From Candidatus Bathyarchaeota archaeon (GTDB taxonomy: Archaea > Thermoproteota > Bathyarchaeia > Bathyarchaeales > Bathycorpusculaceae), in assembly GCA_963826715.1 (NCBI GenBank), contig CAWGYA010000008.1, positions 544,001 to 608,000 of the forward strand: a DNA stretch of 64,000 bases, given 5' to 3'. The notes below the pieces were generated by a model that worked only from the letters and a program-made list of their open reading frames with translations, ran no database searches and was not told the origin of the DNA. Shown here in pieces: positions 1-9,693 of this stretch (the stretch's first letter is position 1; each line of letters opens with the position of its first letter). The translations under genes were made by a program, and so were the position numbers.

Positions 1-405
1 ACCCTCCGAGTAGAATTCGCCCGGAACCTTTTGACTACCCACAAGTAGCAGCACATCCTTGCCGGATGCTTTGATCCTACCAACAACATCACTTGTTTGG
101 ATGTTCTCACCATAAGCGGTTAAATGTACAACTATACCGCCATCTGCTTTCCATTCATTAACCGACCGCCTCCAAGGAGTACCCATTTCAAAGTGGAAGT
201 TGCCGCCCCATGCTTTCACGATTTTCAACACTGTCTCCTCTATGTGAGGGTCGACTGTATCAGCTAAAATGAAACCGGACGCCGACAGCGCACGAGCCGT
301 CAATGCTACATGTGTTGTTAACCTTACATCCCGTTGCACTCTGTGCCCCCACCGCAGAATCACGATTTTGGGTTTCTCAATTAGGGGTAAGTTGGAATGT
401 TCCAT
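1..405 (-). CDS. trm56: tRNA (cytidine(56)-2'-O)-methyltransferase, SPOUT family; 3' end runs off the window
   Basis: Not in the ORF track. Manual translation gives MEHSNLPLIEKPKIVILRWGHRVQRDVRLTTHVALTARAL...VVHLTAYGE...LLVGSQKVP, matching the aTrm56 signature. The start overlaps the hflX 3' end and is uncertain. Confidence 0.88.
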   Translation of the reverse strand, partial: MEHSNLPLIEKPKIVILRWGHRVQRDVRLTTHVALTARALSASGFILADTVDPHIEETVLKIVKAWGGNFHFEMGTPWRRSVNEWKADGGIVVHLTAYGENIQTSDVVGRIKASGKDVLLLVGSQKVPGEFYSEG

Positions 406-1627
406 TAAGGTCCTGCACTTTCCTTTTAACCTGTTCCATTATGGAAGGATTGGCTTCTAAGATTATTTGTACTGAGTCATTTGTAAACTCTTCTTTGTGA
501 ATGTCCGTCTTTTTGTGCACCCAAGAAATAAACGACATAGCATTGGGGGTTAGGGGCACACTGAATTGAGCATGTACAAAGTTCTCAAGAATACGCAAAA
601 CATGCCGTTTTAGTTCCTCAAGATTTGTTTCGCACTTGGCCGACAGCAAAATAGGATTTTTGACTTTATCTTTTAGTGATTCAAGTTTTTGCTGGCGTTC
701 TTCAAGCTTTAAGAGGTCAATTTTATTGAGTGCAGTTATCGTCGGAATACTTGATGCGCCTAACTGCTCTATGGTTTCGAGACAGACGTTGTTCTTTTTC
801 TCAATAACATCCAATGGTTCACTTAAATCCACAACAATAATGATTAAGTCTGAAAAGATTGTTTCTTCAAGAGTCGAATGAAACGCCTCTATGAGCCCAA
901 TTGGCAGACGATCAATGAAACCTACAGTGTCGGTTAGGAGGAACTTGCGATTGGAAAACTCAATCATACGTGTCTGGGTTGACAGCGTCGTGAAAAGGCT
1001 TTTATCGACCCGCGCCGTTTCAGCCGTTAAAGCGTTGAAAAGTGTGCTTTTGCCTGCGCTCGTGTAGCCTGCAAGCGAAACTGTTAGAAACCCCAGTTCA
1101 GTGCGCCTTTCCCGCTGCAATACACGTTTTTCGCGGATATGTGAGAGTTTTTTGAGAATGGTTTGGACTTGCAGTTTGATGGCATCTTTGTAAACGTCTG
1201 CCTCATATGCGCCTAGCCCCATAAAACCGGGTTGCTCACTGCCTTTGGATAAGCGAACTTTTTCTCGGGCATGTTTGAGTTCATTTTTGAGAGTGGCAAG
1301 CTGGATTTGAAATTGGGCCTCAGTTGTGGTTGCGCGCCGAGTAAAGATTTCTAAGATAAGCTGAAAACGGTCGATGACTTCAACGCGGGTTGCCTTGGCT
1401 AGATTATAGTTTTGACGTGTTCGCAAAGAATTATCAAAAATTACTTTATCAGCACCTAACTCTTCAACCATAGTTACGAGTTCTTCAACTTTGCCTTTGC
1501 CAATCTGGTAGCGTGAGTCAGGGCGCCTTGTTTGCTCCATGGTACCGACGATTGTGTAGCCCGCAGACTGCGCTAAACTCTTAAGTTCAGGCAAACTTGA
1601 TTGTTCACGATTTAATCGTCGCTGCAC
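377..1627 (-). CDS. hflX: GTPase HflX
   Basis: ELKSLA...GY, IDRFQLILEIF, G1 GYTSAGKST, G3 DTVG, G4 NKID. Confidence 0.95.
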   Translation of the reverse strand: MQRRLNREQSSLPELKSLAQSAGYTIVGTMEQTRRPDSRYQIGKGKVEELVTMVEELGADKVIFDNSLRTRQNYNLAKATRVEVIDRFQLILEIFTRRATTTEAQFQIQLATLKNELKHAREKVRLSKGSEQPGFMGLGAYEADVYKDAIKLQVQTILKKLSHIREKRVLQRERRTELGFLTVSLAGYTSAGKSTLFNALTAETARVDKSLFTTLSTQTRMIEFSNRKFLLTDTVGFIDRLPIGLIEAFHSTLEETIFSDLIIIVVDLSEPLDVIEKKNNVCLETIEQLGASSIPTITALNKIDLLKLEERQQKLESLKDKVKNPILLSAKCETNLEELKRHVLRILENFVHAQFSVPLTPNAMSFISWVHKKTDIHKEEFTNDSVQIILEANPSIMEQVKRKVQDLNGTFQLTPN

Positions 1628-2163
1628 TAAGACGGCTTTCGTTTACTGGAAGCCTCCTCATCTGTTTTGTCCATTTCGATGAGGTCCCCCAAGGTTAACC
1701 CTCCGCTTGCAGCAGCTTTTGAGGGCAAAGTTGTGACTTTTTCGTCGGCAATTGGAACCATCAACTTGATTTTTAGGATATGCTCAAGTTTGCCTGCAAG
1801 TTGGTTGTTTGGCGCCACTTTGCCTGTTTCAACATGTCGTAGCAGGGAGGCTTTTTCATTGATTTTTTTGCCTAAATCCTCATGGGATAAGCCGAGTTTT
1901 TCCCTAGCAGAACGAATTTGGGTTGAATAGTCTTCCACCACTTCTTGACTAATTTGAACTTGGGCAACTGGGGGTTTCTTCATTATGACCGGAAGATGCA
2001 TTGTTGATTTGGTTGGGCTGGCTTGCTGCGGAAAATCGAGTTCTTCATGCAATACAACTTTGCCGTGTTTGGAGCATTCAATGCACACGGTCAATTTAGC
2101 TCCTTCGATGATTGCTCTAACGGGTTCAGAATGGATTTTGCGTCCGCAGACTTCGCATCGCAT
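1627..2163 (-). CDS. mbf1: archaeal multiprotein bridging factor aMBF1
   Basis: N-terminal Zn ribbon (CEVCG...CIEC), HTH (IRSAREKLGLSHEDLG), C-terminal TLGD motif. Confidence 0.93.
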   Translation of the reverse strand: MRCEVCGRKIHSEPVRAIIEGAKLTVCIECSKHGKVVLHEELDFPQQASPTKSTMHLPVIMKKPPVAQVQISQEVVEDYSTQIRSAREKLGLSHEDLGKKINEKASLLRHVETGKVAPNNQLAGKLEHILKIKLMVPIADEKVTTLPSKAAASGGLTLGDLIEMDKTDEEASSKRKPS

Positions 2164-2228
2164 GTTAAATGTTCACCTTTCAGTGACTTTTATTATGTTG
2201 TACTGTTTATACTTGTCGAATTAACTTT

Positions 2229-2717
2229 GTGCTAGGATATGGTGAAGGTATGGAGAATGCAAAAGAAAGAGTCCGAATCATAGCCGATTATCAATTCGGG
2301 CGAGGCGTCGGCTCCAAACTTTTCCCCCATAACATAGAAATCGTGTTGTCGCCACGAACAGGCAGAATACGCTACATAAATCTTGGCGACGAACGACTAG
2401 CGACATTGCGGCCCACTGATGGTCTTCTGTCGCTAAGCATCAAGGCTGCGGAATTCATCACCAAAAATATTCCCGAAGCAAAATGCTTTGTCACTGTCAA
2501 AAACGATGTTTCACCATACATAGCGAAGGGTGGAGACGTGTTTGCTACACATGTAGTGTCGGTGGATAAAGAAATTCGACCAAAGGACGAAGTCATAGCA
2601 ATAGATGAGGACGGTCGCGTTTTAGCTGTCGGGCGTACACTACTCAGCAGCGATGAAATCCGTTCTTTCAAAACCGGCGTTGCCGTTAAAACCAGACATG
2701 GCAACAAAGAAAGTTAA
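2229..2717 (+). CDS. PUA-domain protein (archaeosine tRNA-guanine transglycosylase C-terminal-like)
   Basis: IADYQFG, SPRTGRIR, IRPKDEV, GVAVKTR. True start probably ATG 2250. Confidence 0.85.
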   Translation: MLGYGEGMENAKERVRIIADYQFGRGVGSKLFPHNIEIVLSPRTGRIRYINLGDERLATLRPTDGLLSLSIKAAEFITKNIPEAKCFVTVKNDVSPYIAKGGDVFATHVVSVDKEIRPKDEVIAIDEDGRVLAVGRTLLSSDEIRSFKTGVAVKTRHGNKES

Positions 2718-2760
2718 GTATATCAAGTTGAAGATTAGAATATTGTAAGGTGCAATCTCT

Positions 2761-3126
2761 ATGAATAGACGCATGAATCCCAGAGAGCAAAAACGCATGA
2801 TGCAACGCATGGGCATGAACATGGACAACGTACCCGATGTACAACAAGTCATAATCCGGACTCCATCCAAAGATATCGTCATTGACGAGCCTGAAGTAGC
2901 AATTTTAGCGGTTCAGGGACAGAAGATGTATCAAATTATTGGTGGACAAGTCAGTGAGCAAGCCCCCTCAGCCAGAACAGTGGCAGGCACCTCAGCCAAA
3001 CCAATTTTTAGCGAGGAAGATGTCCAACTAGTAGCAGATCAAACCGGAAAGAGTTTGGAGAGGGCAAAAGAAGCGCTTATCGAAGCCGATGGCGACTTAG
3101 CCAAAGCGATTCTATTGCTTCAGTAA
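2761..3126 (+). CDS. nac: nascent polypeptide-associated complex protein
   Basis: MNPREQKRMMQRMGM, C-terminal UBA-like EEDVQLVADQTG...GDLAKAILLL. Confidence 0.95.
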   Translation: MNRRMNPREQKRMMQRMGMNMDNVPDVQQVIIRTPSKDIVIDEPEVAILAVQGQKMYQIIGGQVSEQAPSARTVAGTSAKPIFSEEDVQLVADQTGKSLERAKEALIEADGDLAKAILLLQ

Positions 3127-3290
3127 TAATTTTGCAATATTTTTCTATTTTTCCGGGAATCCTTCGGAACAATATTTGATCATAATAAAATATCGATACA
3201 GAAACTTATGGGGGTATAAGAGGTAATACCGCTGAATTTAGCACAAAGATACAAGGGGCACCTTTAACCAAAGTCAATTAAAGATCGCGC

Positions 3291-3602
3291 CTATATGACG
3301 AAAGTTTCGTGTACTGTGACTAAGCCGTCATCACCTATAATGTGCTTAAGCTCAACCAACAAAGGCTCAAGCTTTTCCTTCAAATCCACCACCTCAATAA
3401 TCATGGGCATATTCACTACAACCCCTTCAAGGTGCATAGTAGATTTTCCGCGTTTGCCAAATCCATTCACACCCGTCCACACCGTCGCGCCTTCAACCCC
3501 TGATTTAACGAGGAAGTCCATTATAAGTACCTGCAGTCGTTTACCGCCTACTTCATCGTTCTTTTTGATGCGAATCGTTAATTGCCACATTTTCTGTCTC
3601 AA
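3291..3602 (-). CDS. DUF190 PII-like protein
   Basis: GATVWTGVNGFG, P-IIEVVD motif; overlaps the crcB stop, the usual crcB-DUF190 pairing. Confidence 0.88.
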   Translation of the reverse strand: MRQKMWQLTIRIKKNDEVGGKRLQVLIMDFLVKSGVEGATVWTGVNGFGKRGKSTMHLEGVVVNMPMIIEVVDLKEKLEPLLVELKHIIGDDGLVTVHETFVI

Positions 3603-3988
3603 CGTACAAGCCGCTCCATAATTACATCGCCGAGGAGTTTACCACCAATTATTGCGCAAAGCGAGAGTCCAACATTTGTTAATACATTGATTGACATGAG
3701 CATTAAACGGTTGCCCTCCATAAGATTGGTGGTTTCTAGTGCAAAAGAGGACATTGTGGTAAATGACCCGCAGAAGCCCACCGCTGCGAACAGAGTGTAT
3801 TGCGAATTCAAATTCAATGCCACAGAAAGCACCGAGAACAAACCCAAAATGAAACTGCCCATCACGTTAACTATCAAGACATTGAGCGGCAAACCATAAA
3901 ATGCAACAGGAGACTCTACAATACGGTACCGCAAATATGCCCCCACAACCGCGCCGACTGCCAAGAGAGCAAACTCTATCCATTTCAC
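3599..3988 (-). CDS. crcB: fluoride efflux channel CrcB/Fluc
   Basis: GAYLRY, NVMGSFILG, GFCGSFTTMSSF motifs; 4 TM segments. Confidence 0.95.
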   Translation of the reverse strand: MKWIEFALLAVGAVVGAYLRYRIVESPVAFYGLPLNVLIVNVMGSFILGLFSVLSVALNLNSQYTLFAAVGFCGSFTTMSSFALETTNLMEGNRLMLMSINVLTNVGLSLCAIIGGKLLGDVIMERLVR

Positions 3989-4011
3989 ACTATTTACCTT
4001 CCAACTCTGTG

Positions 4012-4076
4012 GTAGGCATTATCAGCATCCAGCTTGGACTGCAGTTCTGGCGGTTGCCACGGCTAATGCCATAGCC
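4012..4076 (-). ncRNA. fluoride riboswitch (crcB motif)
   Basis: Minus strand reads GGCTATGGCATTAGCC-GTGGC-AACCGC...GCTGATAATGCCTAC. P1 is GGCT/AGCC, the pseudoknot is GGCATT/AATGCC, and the AACCGC and GCTGAT...CCTAC blocks are conserved. It lies directly upstream of crcB. Confidence 0.92.
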
Positions 4077-4097
4077 AAACCAAAAATGTCAGGTAAA

Positions 4098-4110
4098 TGT
4101 ATTAAAACCT
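4098..4110 (-). promoter_or_regulatory. probable TATA box for the riboswitch-crcB transcript
   Basis: TTTTAATA on the minus strand about 25 nt upstream of the riboswitch 5' end. Confidence 0.55.
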
Positions 4111-4229
4111 TCCCAATCAACAACCACCACTTGAAATGCCCCATACGTCAGATTCTGCAAATTTTGTTTCCTAAATTAAGCTAATCCTATATAGGACTAA
4201 CTTGAAATATTTCATCTTGGAGCAGAAGC

Positions 4230-5153
4230 ATGGTGGCACAATATGACGTGGCAGTTGTAGGACACTTCTCAGTCGACACCATAGTGTTGCCTACAAGAAA
4301 AACTCCATTCACGGTTCTTGGAGGAGCAGCAACCTACGCGTCTTTTGCCGCACAACACCTCAACGCCTCAGCCAAAATCATCTCCAAAGTCGGCGGGAGG
4401 TTTCCAGAAGCTTATTTATGGTGGCTACAGCAGGAAGGCATAAACATATCCGCCGTAACCCGCAACCCTGAAGAAGCCACGACAAGTTTTGAACTAACAT
4501 ATAGTCAAGACCTCAGCGAACGCACTCTAAAACTCAAAAGCAAAGCGTCATCGTTAATGATTGAAGACATTCCTAAAGATTTTTACGCAAAAGCAATCCA
4601 CTTAGCACCCATCGACAACGAAATCAGCTACGAAGTTGCCGACCAACTCAAATCCTCAACAGACATTCTCTCGCTCGACCCCCAAGGCTTAATCCGCAGC
4701 TTCGACGAGACAGGAAATGTAAGCGACAACGCACTGTTGGATAACAACATTTTCACTTTAATTAATATCTACAAATCTTCCCAAAGCGAAGTCTTTACTC
4801 TAACAGGGGAAACCGAACTTAAACCCGCCATCCGCGCCATCCACGACATTGGCATAGAAACTGTCATAGTCACCCTGGGCGCAAAGGGTTCGGTGCTCTC
4901 TATAGGGGGTTCACAATACAAGATAGCTGCTTTCCCCTCACAAGTGATAGTTGACCCCACAGGGGCAGGTGATGTTTTCATTGGAGCATTCTTAACTGAA
5001 TATTTACGCCAGAAAGAGGCGCTTTGGTGTGCAGCCGTGGGTTCCGCAGCGTCTTCATTGGTTGTGGAAGGCATTGGCTCAACCTATTTCGGAACCAAAG
5101 AAGAAATTTATCGGAGAGCCACCCTACTCTATGAAAAGGAACTTAAGCAATAG
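4230..5153 (+). CDS. PfkB-family carbohydrate/nucleoside kinase
   Basis: GGAATYAS, VTLGAKGS, DPTGAGDVF signature. Confidence 0.9.
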   Translation: MVAQYDVAVVGHFSVDTIVLPTRKTPFTVLGGAATYASFAAQHLNASAKIISKVGGRFPEAYLWWLQQEGINISAVTRNPEEATTSFELTYSQDLSERTLKLKSKASSLMIEDIPKDFYAKAIHLAPIDNEISYEVADQLKSSTDILSLDPQGLIRSFDETGNVSDNALLDNNIFTLINIYKSSQSEVFTLTGETELKPAIRAIHDIGIETVIVTLGAKGSVLSIGGSQYKIAAFPSQVIVDPTGAGDVFIGAFLTEYLRQKEALWCAAVGSAASSLVVEGIGSTYFGTKEEIYRRATLLYEKELKQ

Positions 5154-5191
5154 CCATATAACAGCGTAGTTAGACACTGTTAGTTTGAGAC

Positions 5192-5398
5192 GTGATATGT
5201 TTGGGTCGCATCGAAAAGGGTGAAAAATGCAGCGTCTGCGGCGCGGAAGCAATCCGCTCTATATCCGCTGACAAAGTAAAAGCTGCTGGGATGAAAGCAG
5301 GCAACGATAACCGCGCATATCTCTGCAAAGACCATTATAAAGAATATAAAAAGAAAAGCAAGAAAGAAAAAACCCTAGACAAATGGCGCTACGGTTAA
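5192..5398 (+). CDS. small Zn-finger protein
   Basis: CSVCG...LCKDH pattern, Lys-rich tail, directly upstream of thrS. Confidence 0.7.
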   Translation: MICLGRIEKGEKCSVCGAEAIRSISADKVKAAGMKAGNDNRAYLCKDHYKEYKKKSKKEKTLDKWRYG

Positions 5399-5413
5399 TC
5401 GAGGATAATTGCA

Positions 5414-7318
5414 ATGCGGATTTTGCAACTTCATTCTAACTTTATTGTTTTCAAACCTGTTGAGAAAGAAATTAACATCGCTGAGGAAGCCACGAAAGAA
5501 GAAACCCGTGTTGAAGAAGTTGTTGTACTCTTCACCGCAATCGAAGAAGGCGATACACCAGCGCTGGCGAAGAAAGCCATCGACGAAGCCCGCGCTTTTT
5601 TGGGTAAACTCAAAGTTAATCGCGTTCTCATTTATCCCTTCGCACATCTGAGCAGCAACCTCTCCAACCCCACAGATGCATTAAAGATTATTCAGGAAAT
5701 GGAAAGTTACGCCAAACAAAAAGGAATAGAGACTTTCCACGCTCCATTTGGCTGGAACAAACAATTCACCATATCCATCAAGGGGCATCCATTGGCTGAG
5801 CAATCCCGTAGCTACACTCCCGCCCAAGCAACCGCAAATCCACAGACCCAAGCACCATGTGAAAACAAAAAAGAAGAAGAACAAGTTTCCGAGGCACTCA
5901 AAGCAGAGGACACTATGAAATCTTTCTGGCATGTTCTGCAAACCGATGGCTCACTGGTGTCTACTGAAGAATTCAATTTTAAGGGACATGGCAACCTACA
6001 GAAATTCAGCAATTACGAAATTAAAAAAACCCGCGCAGTTACTCAGATGCCACCTCATGTACAACTGATGAAGCGGCTTGAAATCGCAGATTACGAACCT
6101 GGTAGTGACCCAGGAAACGTCCGCTGGTACCCTAAGGGGCGCCTCATAAAATCTCTTCTTGAGCAGTACGTGAGCCTGCGAGTTGCGAAATACGGAGGCA
6201 TGGAAGTTGAAACCCCAATCATGTACGATTTCAACCACCCAAGCCTCGCCAGCTACCTAAACCGCTTTCCGGCCCGCCAATACGTTCTAAAATCCGAAGA
6301 CAAAGAGCTGTTTTTGCGGTTTGCCGCGTGCTTTGGGCAGTTTCTCATGGCGCACGATGCTCAATTCAGTTACAAACAGATGCCCATCAAACTCTATGAG
6401 CTTACACGCTACAGTTTTCGCAGAGAAAAAAGCGGTGAAGTCGTCGGGCTTAAACGACTTCGCGCATTCACCATGCCCGACTGCCACGCCTTCTGCACTG
6501 ATCTTGAACAGGCAAAAGAGGAGTTTATGACTCGCTTTGAGCTCTGCCTTAACGTGCTTGCCAACATTGGTTTGGTTAGCGAAGACTACGAAATCGCTAT
6601 GCGCTTTACCAAAGACTTTTATGCTGAAAATAAAGACTTCATCGCACATTTGGTAGCTAAAGTCGGCAAGCCGATTCTTGCAGAAGTCTGGAACGAGCGT
6701 TTTTTCTACTTCGCGTTGAAATGGGACCTCAATTTCATAGATAACCAAGACAAAGCGGCAGCGCTCAGCACCGACCAAATCGACGTGGAAAACGCGAAAC
6801 GCTACGAAATCACCTACGTTGATGAAAAAGGAGAGAAACAATATCCGCTTATCTTGCATTGCAGCCCAAGCGGTGCTATCGAACGCGATATCTATGCGTT
6901 GCTGGAGAAAGCTTATCGTGAGCAGATGACAGGTAAAGCACCCATGCTGCCGTTATGGCTTTCGCCGACTCAAGTGCGTTTGATTCCGATTTCAGATAAA
7001 TTCCTTGACAAAGTTGAGGAGTTAGCCCAGCAAATTGCTGCTCACTGTATCCGTGTTGACATTGATGACTCCGCTTCGACGTTGCAGAAGAAGATTCGTG
7101 AGGCTGAGCAAGAGTGGGTTCCATACATCATCGTTGTGGGTGAGAAAGAAATCGAGTCAGGTCTGCTCTCAGTTCGTGATCGTAAACAGAAAGGCAAACA
7201 AGAAAATATGACCACCGATCAAATTATTCTCAAGGTATCTGAGAATATTGCAGGTAAGCCTTTCAAGCCTCTGCCGTTACCTGTGTATATCTCTAAGCGT
7301 CCGCAGTTCCACGGTTAA
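5414..7318 (+). CDS. thrS: threonine--tRNA ligase (archaeal type with N-terminal editing domain)
   Basis: MRILQLHS, IYPFAHLS, APFGW, LRFAACFG, LRAFTMPDCH, LHCSPSGAIER. Confidence 0.97.
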   Translation: MRILQLHSNFIVFKPVEKEINIAEEATKEETRVEEVVVLFTAIEEGDTPALAKKAIDEARAFLGKLKVNRVLIYPFAHLSSNLSNPTDALKIIQEMESYAKQKGIETFHAPFGWNKQFTISIKGHPLAEQSRSYTPAQATANPQTQAPCENKKEEEQVSEALKAEDTMKSFWHVLQTDGSLVSTEEFNFKGHGNLQKFSNYEIKKTRAVTQMPPHVQLMKRLEIADYEPGSDPGNVRWYPKGRLIKSLLEQYVSLRVAKYGGMEVETPIMYDFNHPSLASYLNRFPARQYVLKSEDKELFLRFAACFGQFLMAHDAQFSYKQMPIKLYELTRYSFRREKSGEVVGLKRLRAFTMPDCHAFCTDLEQAKEEFMTRFELCLNVLANIGLVSEDYEIAMRFTKDFYAENKDFIAHLVAKVGKPILAEVWNERFFYFALKWDLNFIDNQDKAAALSTDQIDVENAKRYEITYVDEKGEKQYPLILHCSPSGAIERDIYALLEKAYREQMTGKAPMLPLWLSPTQVRLIPISDKFLDKVEELAQQIAAHCIRVDIDDSASTLQKKIREAEQEWVPYIIVVGEKEIESGLLSVRDRKQKGKQENMTTDQIILKVSENIAGKPFKPLPLPVYISKRPQFHG

Positions 7319-7412
7319 TAAACGCGTTCTAAATGAATCACATGTATCACTGGGATAAGCTATATTTACGAATTGGACAATATGAAAAAGCCATACGAGA
7401 AGGTATAAACAA

Positions 7413-8300
7413 TTGAATAATGAATTGCAAATCTACATAGACGGCAAGTACTACCCTAAATCTGAGGCCAAAATCTCCGTTTATGATCACGGTTTCCTCT
7501 ACGGGGACGGCGTTTTCGAGGGAATCCGTGCCTACAACGGTAGTGTGTTCAAACTCAAAGAACACGTTGACCGCTTATACCGTTCTGCACACGCCATAAT
7601 GCTAAACATCCCATTAACCAAAGAAGAAATGGTGACAGCGGTCGTTGAAACTCTGCGCAAGAACAACATGAAAGACAGCTATATCCGCCTCATCGTGTCT
7701 AGAGGAATAGGCGACCTCGGATTAGACCCACGTAAATGCCCAACCCCCTCTGTAATAATTATCGCAGATACCATTAACATCCGCGCAGGCAACGCTAAAG
7801 AAATAGGAGTCACCGCAGTTTTCACTTGGGTTCGAAGAAACGCCGTGGATGCAACCACCCATGAAATAAAATCCCTCAATTACCTTAACAGCGTGCTTGG
7901 CAAAATCGAAGCAAACGCCTACGGTGCTGATGAAGCCATCTGCCTTGAACCGAATACTGGATTGGTTGCTGAAGGCGTCGGCGAAAACGTCTTCATTGTC
8001 AAAAACAGTGAAGTCCTCACTCCGCCCGGCAGTACAGGTGCACTTGAAGGCATCACCTCCGAGGCAGTCATAAAATTATGCGAAAAACTCAATCTCAAGG
8101 TCACCATAACAAACTTAACCCCATTCATGATTTTCACCGCTGACGAAGCATTCTTTACAGGCACAGCTATGGAAGTGGTTCCAATTAGAGAAGTTAACAA
8201 GCGAGTAATCGGCGACGGCAAACCCGGAGGAGTTACCAAAAAGTTGATGACTGAATTCCAAAAGGAAATCGTTAACTCTAAAAACGGAACAAAAATCTAA
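7413..8300 (+). CDS. ilvE: branched-chain amino acid aminotransferase
   Basis: DHGFLYGDGVFEG, IKSLNY (PLP Lys), LEGIT, FTGTAMEV. Confidence 0.95.
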   Translation: MNNELQIYIDGKYYPKSEAKISVYDHGFLYGDGVFEGIRAYNGSVFKLKEHVDRLYRSAHAIMLNIPLTKEEMVTAVVETLRKNNMKDSYIRLIVSRGIGDLGLDPRKCPTPSVIIIADTINIRAGNAKEIGVTAVFTWVRRNAVDATTHEIKSLNYLNSVLGKIEANAYGADEAICLEPNTGLVAEGVGENVFIVKNSEVLTPPGSTGALEGITSEAVIKLCEKLNLKVTITNLTPFMIFTADEAFFTGTAMEVVPIREVNKRVIGDGKPGGVTKKLMTEFQKEIVNSKNGTKI

Positions 8301-8308
8301 AAAATTTT

Positions 8309-9547
8309 TTAGCCGTAGCCTACGTGACCGCGGCTTCCTCTTTTTACTTTATTTTTCATAAACCCCTCTAAGGCATCATAAGCTTCTTCGAGTTCTTGGA
8401 TGGGCGGTAGGAATACGATTCTGGCGTGGTCTTTGCCATACACTGGGTCGAAGCCTGAACCTTTCACTATTAAGACGCCTGTTTCTTTGAGTAGTTCCAC
8501 GACGAATTCCATGTCGTTGGACCAGCGTTGCCCAATGCCTTCTATTCTAGGGAAAATGTAGAAGGCGCCCTCGGGTTTGGTGGTGGATACGCCATCGATT
8601 TCGTTGAGGCGTTTATAACTGAATTCTCTCCGCTCGTGAAGGCGCTCCACAATATCTTTGACGAAGTCTTGTGGACCGTTGAGTGCAGCGGTTGCGGCTA
8701 TCTGCACAGGTGTATTGGCGCAGATACGGATTCTACATTGCTTCTCCACGCCGTCTTTTAGCGGGGCAAGTTCGTTACCTTCGCCTTTAAAGTACATGTA
8801 ACCCAAGCGCCAGCCGGTCATCTGGTAAACTTTGGAGAACCCATTCAAGCCGACTACGGGCACATCTTTGGTGACGTTGGCGGCGCTTACGAATGGTTTT
8901 TCGTAGGTTAGTTGGTCGTAGATCTCGTCGCTCAGCACTGGCAGGTTGTGTTCGCCTGCGATGTCAAGGATTGCTTTGATAGTTTTTCGGTCATAAACAG
9001 CGCCTGTGGGATTGTTTGGGTTGATGATGACTATGGCGCGGGTTTTCTCCGTGATTTTGCTACGAAGGTCCTCGAGGTTGGGTTGCCAACCTTCTTTCTC
9101 GATAGTTTCGTAGGCAACTGGGGCACCGTCAAAGAATTTGGTGTAGCTGATGTAGGGTGGATAGGTGGGGCCGGGGAAGAGGATTTCATCACCCTTCTCC
9201 ACAATTGCGCCGAGTAGCATTTCTATTCCTTCAGATATACCATCAGTAACAAGTACATCCTCAGCGGTTATGTCGACGTTGTTAACTTTCTTTTCTTTAT
9301 TCGCCACCGCCTGCCTGAGTTCTGGCAATCCCTCTGATGGCGAGTAGTAGTTGTCTTCTTTGGCAATGGCGCTGCAAAGTGCATCTTTGAAGCTCTGCGG
9401 AGTTTTAAAATCAAATGCTGCGGGGTCTCCGATGTTAAGGTAGTAGATTTTTTTGCCATTCTTGATTAAGTCTTTAGTGTGGACTATCACATCGCGTATG
9501 GCGTATTCGATGTTGCTTGCGCGCCTCGTAACTTTAACGCTAGCCAA
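8309..9547 (-). CDS. class I/II PLP aminotransferase (AlaA-like)
   Basis: LNIGDP, INPNNPTG, SDEIYD, NGFSKVYQMTGWRLG. Confidence 0.92.
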   Translation of the reverse strand: MASVKVTRRASNIEYAIRDVIVHTKDLIKNGKKIYYLNIGDPAAFDFKTPQSFKDALCSAIAKEDNYYSPSEGLPELRQAVANKEKKVNNVDITAEDVLVTDGISEGIEMLLGAIVEKGDEILFPGPTYPPYISYTKFFDGAPVAYETIEKEGWQPNLEDLRSKITEKTRAIVIINPNNPTGAVYDRKTIKAILDIAGEHNLPVLSDEIYDQLTYEKPFVSAANVTKDVPVVGLNGFSKVYQMTGWRLGYMYFKGEGNELAPLKDGVEKQCRIRICANTPVQIAATAALNGPQDFVKDIVERLHERREFSYKRLNEIDGVSTTKPEGAFYIFPRIEGIGQRWSNDMEFVVELLKETGVLIVKGSGFDPVYGKDHARIVFLPPIQELEEAYDALEGFMKNKVKRGSRGHVGYG

Positions 9548-9693
9548 TTACCATTACCTGTAACCAGACACTCTAACCATCCAAAAAAATAAACATTCCC
9601 CAAACTCGAAGCCTCTACTAAGGACATGCGCCCAAATATTGAGAGAGACCCCCAAGCTGAATTTTCAAAAAATAAAAGAAAAGTTGAAAAGGT

